Origin: Proteobacteria bacterium UBA981
Lineage (GTDB): Bacteria > Pseudomonadota > Gammaproteobacteria > Ga0077536
Length of the DNA stretch: 64,000 bases
Assembly: GCA_002292285.1 (NCBI GenBank)
Contig: DBBP01000026.1
Location: 30,209-94,208, forward strand
Direction: 5' to 3'
The position numbers and the translations under genes are program-made. The notes under the pieces were generated by a model. It was given only the letters and a program-made list of their open reading frames with translations. It did no database searches and had not been told where the DNA came from. The stretch's first letter is position 1; every line of letters begins with the position of its first letter. Of this stretch, positions 7,463 through 16,531 are shown piece by piece.

Positions 7463-9352
7463 TCATTTTCCCTTCGCGCTCTTCTCCGGAGCCTCATAGC
7501 GCCGTCTGCCATCGCGCCAGTCACCGTGACATATGGCACGAATAAAATCGCCCGCAGCCGAGTTCACTGTTTTCATATCTACAGCGCATACGATCTGCTT
7601 GCCGTCACTAACAAAAAGGTCGCGAGCCGGAGACTTAGCCAGCGTTTTATCGAGGGAATCCGAAACAATACATATAGCGCTCGTCGGGAACAGCTGGCGT
7701 ATCGCTGCGATACCGGTCGCCGACAGCTCGTAGACATACGCGCCTTCGAGTAGCAGCAGGGCAGGGGGGCGTCGGGCGTGCTCAAGACACGCGCAGAGAT
7801 AGTTGGGCAGCTCTGCGCGCATGGCGGAATCGGTTGCGCTGTTTTCCGCCGATGTATTTTGCGAACCAGTACCTTCCATTACAGTTGTTAACCAGGAACG
7901 CTCCCGCTCGGAAAGCGCATCAACATCCACTCCGGTAGCGCGTACAAAGATCACATCTGAATTCGTATTGGTCAGCGCTGTCATCTGCCGCTCGGACGCC
8001 TCACCAGGGTCAGTCGGCCCGAGCATCGCATAAACGCCTCCTGCCAAAAAATCGCCCTGGGTCGCCTGCAATCCGCCCGTTTCAATACCCCAATTGAGAA
8101 CGGCCTGATTTCCCGATGATGGACTCGGGGGTGTCTCCACGGAGGTTTGTGAGGCTCCACGGCTGGCGGAAATATCTGGTGGTGTCTGAGAACCATCGAT
8201 TTCCCGCATGAGTTCGTGCAGCCGAATCAGGTGGGGGAGAAACCGATTCACTGAGGTCACAGTGACCATCAGGCCCTCAAGGCCGTTCATGACAAAGCGC
8301 AATCCGAAAAACAACACCAGCAGAGAGCTGTAACTAACCATGCCCTGGTGCTGTTCTGAAAACATCAGCCAGACAAGAAAGCCAATACCGACCCCGACCA
8401 TAGACGACATGACTATCCGGGATGATTCAAGAACCAGCAGGCGGTTCTCTACCAGTCGATGGAATCCGCTAATGATTTCCGCTTCATTTTCCTCATCATC
8501 CTTATTTCCCCGTGCGTTGTTGCCCGCATCAATACCCGCATCGGGGTCTTCGAACATCTCATCATCGCCGAGAAAGGCGACTTCAGGCGCACTGTTGCCG
8601 GCCAGGAAATTGTTGACCTTTTCTCGAATCGCAGCGCTTCGTTTTGGAGCCTGCACTTCGAGCATGCGGGTAGTCCGTGTCGCACGCAGATTAAGTGGAT
8701 AGGTCATGAAAGCAGCGAATAGCGCGAATAACCCGATTAACGGCAACAGGAGGGGCGCATATAAAGCGATGATTGACAGACCGATCGCGATACTTCCTAA
8801 ATGGCTGATGTTGTACAGGCCCAGCCTGACAATCACGCCGGCGAATCTGGCGTCGGTATTGAGCACTCGCAGAACAGAGTATTTGCTTGCGATTCGCACG
8901 CGCGTGCGAATGGTGTGTAACAAGGCAGTGTCCACTTCAGTCTTGCGTCCGAAGTAGGCGCCGATCTCCGCGAAAAAGTAGCGATACACCCGGCTGTCCA
9001 GCCGAATCGCAATCGAGCGACTTGCATAGTTCAGGGCACCGCCAAGGAAAAACAGAACCACGAATACGGCAATGACCAGGTTTGGGTTGGGTGCAGCCAG
9101 CTCGATTCCAAGCCGGTCGATTCCCGGAAAGCTCGTGAGACGTCCGCTAGTTTGCAGCTGGCCGACCGCACCAACGATTATCCCGAAAGAGAAGCCCTGG
9201 CAGGCAATACTCGACGCTGTCGATATCGACGACAGGAATATGCGCCACGCGAATTGTTTCAGTGCTATTGAGAACAGCCAGCCAAGTAAAGACACATAGA
9301 CTTTGCCGCGAAAGCGCGCATTGTCGATGATGGTGCGAAGGCGTCTAAACAT
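7463..9352 (-). CDS. ABC exporter-like protein (type-I exporter TMD plus degenerate, probably non-catalytic NBD)
   Basis: 629 aa with about 6 TM helices followed by an NBD-like region. Walker A reads GPTDPGEAS (no Lys). The signature LSGGQ is not recognisable. Walker B reads LLLLEGAY (no Asp-Glu). The H-loop reads IVSDSL (no His). An acidic low-complexity insert (DDEMFEDPDAGIDAGNNARGNKDDEENEAE) lies in a cytoplasmic loop. Confidence 0.7.
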   Translation of the reverse strand: MFRRLRTIIDNARFRGKVYVSLLGWLFSIALKQFAWRIFLSSISTASSIACQGFSFGIIVGAVGQLQTSGRLTSFPGIDRLGIELAAPNPNLVIAVFVVLFFLGGALNYASRSIAIRLDSRVYRYFFAEIGAYFGRKTEVDTALLHTIRTRVRIASKYSVLRVLNTDARFAGVIVRLGLYNISHLGSIAIGLSIIALYAPLLLPLIGLFALFAAFMTYPLNLRATRTTRMLEVQAPKRSAAIREKVNNFLAGNSAPEVAFLGDDEMFEDPDAGIDAGNNARGNKDDEENEAEIISGFHRLVENRLLVLESSRIVMSSMVGVGIGFLVWLMFSEQHQGMVSYSSLLVLFFGLRFVMNGLEGLMVTVTSVNRFLPHLIRLHELMREIDGSQTPPDISASRGASQTSVETPPSPSSGNQAVLNWGIETGGLQATQGDFLAGGVYAMLGPTDPGEASERQMTALTNTNSDVIFVRATGVDVDALSERERSWLTTVMEGTGSQNTSAENSATDSAMRAELPNYLCACLEHARRPPALLLLEGAYVYELSATGIAAIRQLFPTSAICIVSDSLDKTLAKSPARDLFVSDGKQIVCAVDMKTVNSAAGDFIRAICHGDWRDGRRRYEAPEKSAKGK

Positions 9353-9730
9353 GTTGCTCAGTTTATCGGCAATGCGGGTTGACCAAAAACGTAATTAAGA
9401 CAGATTGCCTGCCCGGATCTGGCCGAAACCGGCGCCGCCTCAGCCAGGCCAATTCGAATCATTCTCACGGCACAGCAGGCTTCAGAAATGCCATCGACGC
9501 TACGTTCGAATTTTCGCATGGGCCGGCGCGCCACGCTAGCGCGACAAGACTCGCGACCTGAATCAGCCTTCAAAGTTCGTTAGACTTAGCCGCCGTCCGT
9601 GGCGGGACCGTTCTGTACAGGCCGGACGTGTTCACGATTCGAATTTAAGTGGTCCAGGCACGGTAGCGAAATTAGATCGGCAAGTATCCATTCGAAGACG
9701 ACATGGCAACGATGAAACTAGGAGAATTCG

Positions 9731-11203
9731 ATGACTGATGGCGGCCAGCGCGGGCAAGATTCTGAAATTGCCTTACCCGGATTCGGACTGAATATCGCTG
9801 GCCAGTATCCGAGGTTCTATCGCAGGATGGTTGCTGTGCTGGAATGGCAGAATAAACATGTCCCGCTACTGTTTCGACTAGAAATGGTGCTGTTTCGTAC
9901 CATAATTGTCATTGTCGATGCGGTCCTTTGGATTCTGCTTGGTAACTTAGCCCTGACGGGAGTGGCGCCTGGCAAACTGTCACGTGGTTACTCTTCATAC
10001 AGAGGGTCGTCGCGAAGTTACAATTCCCGCGAATTAGTTAATGAGATCGCCCAGCTAAATAGAAAGCTAGAGCGCTATACCCCAAATATCGCGGTGATCT
10101 CATATCTTACTTTCGCCCAGCGCTGTGTCGAAACCAGTACGGCGCTAGCTGCCGACGCGTACGTCGCGCACGGGGTTCAGTCTTTGCCAACGGCGTCTAT
10201 TCTCGCCAACGAGCAGGGCGGGAAATACTATTGCGACTGCATTGAAACCCCTTCGTTCTTTGACCGAGCCTTGCCGGTCAACTGGGATGTGACCAATACC
10301 CATTTTCTGGACAGGGCGTTCGAAAGTTATCTACGTCACGCCGACGGTATCCTCACTGTTGGTTGGACCCTGGCTGATCAGCTAAGGAAGCTACACAACA
10401 ATGTAGCGGTGATTCCGAACTATCGATATGCCGAAACTCTCGCGCCAAATGATTGGTTGCGAGAAAAATGCGGGGTTTCCGAAGACACCGATCTGGTGCT
10501 GTCGTTGAACACGGTAACCGCTGGATTGGATGTTGTGCTGGCGGCACTCGCACTACTTCCTCCTAGCGTACACCTTGTGACTGTAGGTAGGTTCGCCCCA
10601 GTCGGTTACCGAGAAACCTGCGAAAAATATGCGGCAGAACAAGGCGTCCTCGAGCGGTTTCATTGTCTCGATCCCCTTCCGTACAAAGATCTCACGGCGA
10701 CGATTTCGATGGCATCGGCCGGATTGATTGTGCTCGACCCCAGCATTAAGAATGTTCAGGTCTCACTTCCGAATCGAATCTTCGACTATATGTTCGCAGG
10801 GGTACCGATTTGTTCGCCGCTCATTCCAGATATCGCCCGAATTATCGCTGACGAGAATATTGGTGGCATCGTCACTGATCTAAGCCCGGCCGGATGGGCC
10901 GAAACTATCAGTAGCGTGTTGCAAGAAAAGGATAAGCTCCGCGACAACGCGGTCACGGCATCGAAAAAGTACATATGGGAATCAGTCGAGGACGACCTGT
11001 TTGAGTCCCTGGGTAGACCCGCCAGCGTGTGCTACGTCGGCGCAAGCAATTTACGCGAGAACAATCGAACGATGCGCATGGCACGCTCGCTGGTCGCTCG
11101 TGGCGTTGAGGTAACTGTTTGTTACAGATGCAGGCCTGGAGAGACACCTAACGACGCGGCGGTATTGGATGACGGAATCAAGTTCGTATCACTTGCTAAT
11201 TAA
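9731..11203 (+). CDS. Glycosyltransferase family 1 (GT4-type) with N-terminal TM segment
   Basis: 490 aa. AGGAGA RBS 7 nt upstream. The C-terminal domain is GT1-like (LVTVGRFAPVGYRE..., FDYMFAGVPICSPLIPDIARII). Confidence 0.75.
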   Translation: MTDGGQRGQDSEIALPGFGLNIAGQYPRFYRRMVAVLEWQNKHVPLLFRLEMVLFRTIIVIVDAVLWILLGNLALTGVAPGKLSRGYSSYRGSSRSYNSRELVNEIAQLNRKLERYTPNIAVISYLTFAQRCVETSTALAADAYVAHGVQSLPTASILANEQGGKYYCDCIETPSFFDRALPVNWDVTNTHFLDRAFESYLRHADGILTVGWTLADQLRKLHNNVAVIPNYRYAETLAPNDWLREKCGVSEDTDLVLSLNTVTAGLDVVLAALALLPPSVHLVTVGRFAPVGYRETCEKYAAEQGVLERFHCLDPLPYKDLTATISMASAGLIVLDPSIKNVQVSLPNRIFDYMFAGVPICSPLIPDIARIIADENIGGIVTDLSPAGWAETISSVLQEKDKLRDNAVTASKKYIWESVEDDLFESLGRPASVCYVGASNLRENNRTMRMARSLVARGVEVTVCYRCRPGETPNDAAVLDDGIKFVSLAN

Positions 11204-11492
11204 CGATGGACGCGCCCTACCTTCCCGATTGCTGTTGAAAAAAGTGACAAATGACAGGCTGATAATCTGCGGCGCAACTATTCGGACAATTTAACTCACG
11301 ATAGGTAGCGGCAGAGTGGCGCTGCGACATCGGAGGGCGTTTTGACGCTGCCAATTTTCGCCGAACTACGACCGAGCAGGCTCAGAATTTCGGCCACTGT
11401 TGTCCGTAGATTACAGCGCATCGAGGCCACTACCGCCCGTCGCATTGCAACAATAGCGAACGGTATAGTCCACAGCTGCGGATTGCCCTGGG

Positions 11493-12333
11493 TCATGATG
11501 CCAGCGGTAGAAATCGGTTTCTGGAAGCTCCCGCGGTCCCAACCAGCATTGTGCAGGGCGGCCGACTTCGAAATGCCCTCGGTGTGACTTCGACGGTTGG
11601 GTCTATCAACCGCAAAGTAAACGCGAGTCTGTTTGGCACTTCGGTAGAGCGAAGGCCCGGCAGCGCATGACTTGAGCCGTGGATTAGTAGCGGATGGAAA
11701 ATGAAAAACTCCCCGGGGCTGCATAACCAAACGAGAAACAGTGTCCGTGGTTGCGCCTGCAAACCTCGTGTTTCCTCGTCCAGCGAGGAGCTTTTTCGTC
11801 AGGCCAAAACGACTTCGCAATTCCGAGTAATCGAGCAGGTGAGATCCGGGAATGACCACAGCACAATTCTCGGCCGGTGCTGCGGACACAGCAACCTGAA
11901 CTGAAATCTGGTGCTCGTCGGGATTCGCGTGGGTGAGGACCTTCCGATAAGTGTCTCTGTGCAACGGTAAATTCGGAACGCCCGAGAATATTGCCGTTCG
12001 CCAAATCGAGATGTTCGGACCAAGGAGGGATTGGCACGTCGTAATGAGCGCGGACGAACGACATATTGCTGCCGCAACAGGCGAATCCAAATGCGGGTTT
12101 AGCGACCCGGGAATTTCTCCGCGGCGAAAGGATTCTTCAAATCTGGCAGTCACAGATTGGTCAATCCCAGGCAGGGGGCCGGCATACCCGAATTCAGCAA
12201 ATGAAGTAACAACGTCGTCTTCCACGATAGGGACCTCTGAGCAACGAAATGGAACCGACCGATCGGCGTGATAACGTTTGAAACGGATTTCCCTGCCGAC
12301 CGTTCGAGCAGTGGACCTGAGACCGGGAATCAC
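11493..12333 (-). pseudogene. Phytanoyl-CoA dioxygenase (PhyH)-family Fe(II)/2-oxoglutarate oxygenase, disrupted by frameshift(s)
   Basis: The frame starting at 12333 encodes a PhyH-like N-half with the HxD motif (PLHRDTY) and AVVIPGSHLL. The C-terminal motif GEFFIFHPLLIHGSSHALPGLRSTEVPNR (Gxxx[FI]FHxxxxHxSxxNxS...R) lies in a different frame (ORF 11493..11762). A third frame also carries pieces around 11684..12064. Confidence 0.5.
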
Positions 12334-12481
12334 GTCAAGTTGGGGTCGCTTGCCAGCGATTCGCCGTGCCAGGCTGATTGCCTACACAGCCCGTTCTCCC
12401 TGCCGAAAGCCGCAACAGACCGTGGACGATTGCAGCGAATTTCGCGTTGATAATCCATTCCCCGTCGGAACCATCTATTTG

Positions 12482-13741
12482 TTATGGAATGAGTGCTCGT
12501 TTGAACAGGTGTTCGCCTAGTCGGGCTTTTCTGAATTCGTATCTATTTTGAGTTTCAATTCGCGGTTCTCTTTGGCGACTGTTTTGAGTTCGCGGCGTAG
12601 GTAGTTGACCGTTTGTAACGTACTTCTGTGTTGCTGGATTTGTTCGGCGAGGTAGTCGAAATCGCCGAAACCAGGGGCCGTCGGTCCGCTGCGGTCCGCT
12701 GCGGTCCGCGACCTCGTGATAGACCTTGAGCAATTGTTCGGCAACGTTTTTCACGTCGAAGTGCGTTTCGATGAAATGTCGCCCTTGTATCGACAGTTCC
12801 TTTCGGTGCTCCAAGTCTGTAATAAGTAAGCGGAGCTTGTCCTTGATATTGTCCGGATTGACATTTTCTACGGGTACGTTTCCGTAGGCGGGCTTGTACA
12901 AATCGTCACGAATGTAATTCATTGTCGCTTTGCCGAGCGCCATGCATTCCATCGCAAATACGGTCAGACAGCCCTGGTGGAGGTTGTCAATGCAAATGTC
13001 GGCGCCTTTATAGATTTTAATCGCGTCCGAATGCATAAGATTGCTCACCTTTGTGTACCTGAACTTCAGTCCCTCATCTTGCAGTTCGGCGACGGCCTGT
13101 TCGATGAACCGCGTTCCCTTCAACATGTCGTTCGTAGAGGCGTGTACCACCACCGGATGTTTATCATTTTGAAGTCCAACATTCGGCCAATCTTCGAGTT
13201 TCAGGCATCGGGGTACGACGGTGGCTTCAGGAATGAACTGTTGAAGTTCAGGATCTTGAACGACGAATTGGTCAACGTGAGCACGCAAATATTCCACGTA
13301 CCGTCGGAGATCCGTTTCATCGTATGGTGACTCGTACCCATAGTTGTAGAAGCTGTAGGGATTCACCTCTTTATCCAGCGATGGGTAGCGGATGTCGTTG
13401 CCGGTGAACCGATAGATGACCTTCTTCCCGCGTGCTTTAATTAGCGCGATGTCCATGCCCATGAACATCTCATAGGGTCGACCGACGAAGAACATCGAGC
13501 GGTTCCAGAAATGGTAAATGTCATAGTTTTCAGCCAGCGAATCCTGCAGGGCTTTGAGTTGCCCTTCGATGACGTGAGCGGGATCCAGATTTACGGTCTT
13601 GTGTGACCGATAGCCCATCGAAGCGCTCGCATCGGTACTAACGTATTCAAGTTGGTCGACATCTTGTCCCATGGCGCGTAGCCGTTCGCCAAGCAAGTAG
13701 ACTTGGCCGGAATAGTTCTTGGGTGCCATGAGTACTTTCAT
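12482..13741 (-). CDS. GT-B-like putative glycosyltransferase of unassigned family (paralog B of 4781..6160); 3' end disturbed by a 10-bp tandem repeat
   Basis: 419 aa sharing the motif blocks listed for 4781..6160. The last about 70 residues look like out-of-frame translation (Arg/Pro-rich). An overlapping frame (12517..12744) encodes a protein-like coiled-coil tail. GC is lower than in neighbouring genes. Confidence 0.6.
   Translation of the reverse strand: MKVLMAPKNYSGQVYLLGERLRAMGQDVDQLEYVSTDASASMGYRSHKTVNLDPAHVIEGQLKALQDSLAENYDIYHFWNRSMFFVGRPYEMFMGMDIALIKARGKKVIYRFTGNDIRYPSLDKEVNPYSFYNYGYESPYDETDLRRYVEYLRAHVDQFVVQDPELQQFIPEATVVPRCLKLEDWPNVGLQNDKHPVVVHASTNDMLKGTRFIEQAVAELQDEGLKFRYTKVSNLMHSDAIKIYKGADICIDNLHQGCLTVFAMECMALGKATMNYIRDDLYKPAYGNVPVENVNPDNIKDKLRLLITDLEHRKELSIQGRHFIETHFDVKNVAEQLLKVYHEVADRSGPQRTDGPWFRRFRLPRRTNPATQKYVTNGQLPTPRTQNSRQREPRIETQNRYEFRKARLGEHLFKRALIP
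12683..12712. repeat. Direct tandem repeat, 10-bp unit GGTCCGCTGC x2 plus degenerate third copy GGTCCGCGAC
   Basis: Seen directly at 12683-12712. Each 10-bp unit shifts the reading frame by +1. Confidence 0.85.
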
Positions 13742-14040
13742 AGGGATTGCTCGAGAAAATATTGAAATTCGGAAACCGGCGACGGCTATTCGACATCGCC
13801 ATCGAAAAGCATACGTGTTGTTGTCATTTCTTTCGAGGTACCACGGCGGAGCAATTCAAATTTGGCGCTTTTAGTGAGTACGGTTCCACGCTAACCGACG
13901 CAGTTCTCGATCGCTGGGTGATGACGATCTATCTGTCGGGAATCGAATTCATGCCGAGGTAACCGGTTATTTTAAGCGCGGTCTATTCGGATACCGCTGA
14001 TATTTCGCACAGGGAGATATTCACGGCTTTCGTCAGCCTA

Positions 14041-16212
14041 TTATTTCAGATGATCCTCCGTGCCACTCTGCCATCCGAGAGCGGTCGCTATTTGATCCGT
14101 CACAAGCTGCGCAGTGTAAGGGGCGAGATGATCATCGTCGGTGTAGAAAAGCCGGCTTTTATCGTGGGTGTAGCACCGCTGAGTCGTCTCTAAACACAAA
14201 AGTTGGTCCGGAAAAACTCTGTGCAGGCGAGGATGTTCGCCGACGCCATCCAGAATCTGTGAACTTAGTTTCGAGCGCTGCTTGAAGACGGGATAACTCG
14301 TCGTGATCTCCAGCTCTTTGAACGCGCGTAATTGTTGATACTTTGCGTGCTGGTCCAGCTCGCCTTTAACCAGGTTCGGGACGTGCCAACCCACTTCTGG
14401 GATGGGATAGACGATGACGACGGTATGTCCGAGGTCTAGCCACTCTCGGATCATGCCGTGAATTTTCGCGACTACGGTGTCGCCCGGGGTTGCGAATTCG
14501 TCGAGCCGTAAAGACGGTTTAACGTCTTGAGCGGGTTCCAATCCACCCTCACGATTATCGAAGCGAGATCCATTCAAAATTAGCGGGAAGCGGCCTGAAA
14601 GCACGATGGTCGAGGGTTCCTGAGCCGCTAGAAAATCTTTCAAGTCCTGCGTTCGAGCGCGGCATTTAGTATTGTCCTTGCCACCATCCGATCGAATTGT
14701 GCCATAGACAGGCAGGCAAGCGTTGCTGGTTAATTGAGCGTAGTTCGCCCGATTCGCTCGAGCGGCATCCAGCAAGCTCACTGCAAGCGTGCGTGCGTGA
14801 CTATCGCCAACAAGAATCAGAGTCGTCGAGGCGGCCGAGGTCTCGAATCTACAATGCGAATCGATGGCTTGCTTTCGACAAGCCGTTCCATCCTGAACGA
14901 CGTAGCGAGGGCGTGCGCGTTCATACAAGTCAACTAAGACCCCCAGTCGGCTCGGGATCCCATCGTAGTAGTAGATGCCCCCATATGCTGCCAAAAGAGT
15001 TAGAAATGCGGCTAGCGAATAACTGTAGAAATTTCGTCGACAAATTCTGTGGGATTGCCGTGCGGGTCTTTCAATCAGAAAGAAGGATAGCCCTGACAAT
15101 ACGAACGCTATTCCGATACATGCAAGCATCTCGCCCTGGGTCGGCGCCTGGCTTTTCATCCGCGCGAAAGCGAAGAGCGGAAAATGCCACAAATACAGAG
15201 CATATGAGATGAGACCGATCGCGACGAATAGCCGCGTAGACAGAACGTTAGTTATCAGTTCGCCGGGTTTCATAAACCAAATCAACAGCGCGGTGCCGAT
15301 GATCGGAAAGCAAGTTATATAGGAAGGGTGATTTATCGTGTCGTCAAAGAAAATGACTGTGCCCAGGACGAGCGATAGCCCAAGCGCAGGCATGGTCGCA
15401 TCGAGAATTGAATGGCTCAGGCGACCGCGGCCATACGTCAGCTTTGCAAGAAGCGACCCGGTTAACAGTTCCCATGCCCGGGTCGGAAAAAGGAAAAAAG
15501 CAAAGGCCGGCGATTCGTCGCTAGTGTGGTGCGCGAATTGTAACGATATGAGAAGACCGACGATCATTACAGCGCTGATATGAGATTTTAGGAATCGCCA
15601 AAAAAGCACGAGGGCGAGTGGGAATAGCAAGTAAAACTGCTCCTCCACAGACAAGCTCCAGGTATGCAGGAGTGGCTTTAGTGCGCTCGGTGCGGCTGTG
15701 TAACTATCTTCCTGCCAGAACCATACGTTCGAACCGAAAAACAAAGCAGACAAACCCGAACCTGCGAATTCTTTCATCGCTTTTGGCAACATATGCATCC
15801 AGGCGAATGGTAGACAGGCAAGCATTACCGTAAAAAGAGCCGGAAGTATCCTGCGCGCCCGTCTTTCGTAGAAATGCGCGAAGGTGAAAGCTTGTTCGTC
15901 TAGTTCGTGAAGAACAACGGACGTTATGAGATATCCGGAAATAACGAAAAATATGTCCACTCCAATGAATCCGCCCGCGAACATGTCCAATGCCAGAATT
16001 GACGGCCGGGCGTGGTACAACACGACGAGCAACACTGCGATGGCTCGCAGACCATCAATTTCAGGTCGATATTTAACGGGCATCGGGTATTTCGTCGCGG
16101 CCGGATTCAGTAAATCTGGAATCATGTGCAGTGTCCATCTGCGTGAAACACTCGTCAATCTTGTACCTTTGCCGAAACGCTCCGTACATTGCTGAGAATC
16201 GGCTTTGGGCAC
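14041..16212 (-). CDS. Acyltransferase family 3 (OafA/WecH-like) membrane O-acyltransferase with C-terminal SGNH domain
   Basis: 723 aa. N-terminal motif RPEIDGLRAIAVLLVVLYH...FFVISGYLI and about 10 TM helices. C-terminal SGNH-like block (LILVGDSHARTLA). The true start is probably the internal Met at about 16125 (MIPDLL...). Confidence 0.8.
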   Translation of the reverse strand: MPKADSQQCTERFGKGTRLTSVSRRWTLHMIPDLLNPAATKYPMPVKYRPEIDGLRAIAVLLVVLYHARPSILALDMFAGGFIGVDIFFVISGYLITSVVLHELDEQAFTFAHFYERRARRILPALFTVMLACLPFAWMHMLPKAMKEFAGSGLSALFFGSNVWFWQEDSYTAAPSALKPLLHTWSLSVEEQFYLLFPLALVLFWRFLKSHISAVMIVGLLISLQFAHHTSDESPAFAFFLFPTRAWELLTGSLLAKLTYGRGRLSHSILDATMPALGLSLVLGTVIFFDDTINHPSYITCFPIIGTALLIWFMKPGELITNVLSTRLFVAIGLISYALYLWHFPLFAFARMKSQAPTQGEMLACIGIAFVLSGLSFFLIERPARQSHRICRRNFYSYSLAAFLTLLAAYGGIYYYDGIPSRLGVLVDLYERARPRYVVQDGTACRKQAIDSHCRFETSAASTTLILVGDSHARTLAVSLLDAARANRANYAQLTSNACLPVYGTIRSDGGKDNTKCRARTQDLKDFLAAQEPSTIVLSGRFPLILNGSRFDNREGGLEPAQDVKPSLRLDEFATPGDTVVAKIHGMIREWLDLGHTVVIVYPIPEVGWHVPNLVKGELDQHAKYQQLRAFKELEITTSYPVFKQRSKLSSQILDGVGEHPRLHRVFPDQLLCLETTQRCYTHDKSRLFYTDDDHLAPYTAQLVTDQIATALGWQSGTEDHLK

Positions 16213-16531
16213 TGAAGTCTTTAGACGTCGTTAGCAAAATGCACGGGCCCCGCTCATGGGCTACGATTCGACAGGGCCCCGAACGCTGCCCGCATTTCCA
16301 GTCGTTGTATAGGGAATTATTTGCACAGCAGGCGGCAGCAAGGTGGATCATTGACTTAGAATATAGCTTTTTGGGGCAACGTGTTGTCCGGCGCGGGTGG
16401 TGCTTGCACCCCGAAAATTACGATATCGTCGACCCTATCGACCGCACTCATTTCTCAGGCGGTCGCCTGCGCAGAAGTGTGTACTCTTCAAGTAGACCAG
16501 AAGTTTCCGTTATAACGAGTTCGCTACAGAT

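Noticed and set aside
7463-9352. Calling the ABC-like gene a Wzt/KpsT-type O-antigen ABC exporter
   Set aside because: It is a fused TMD-NBD type-I exporter architecture (MsbA-like), not a Wzm/Wzt ABC-2 system, and its NBD is degenerate. Assigning O-antigen export to it would be speculation.
11296-12333. 345-aa minus-strand ORF that could be annotated as one intact gene
   Set aside because: Only the N-terminal about 180 residues are protein-like (PhyH). The rest is Arg/Ser-rich out-of-frame translation, while the true C-terminal PhyH motif is in another frame. It is treated as a frameshifted pseudogene instead.
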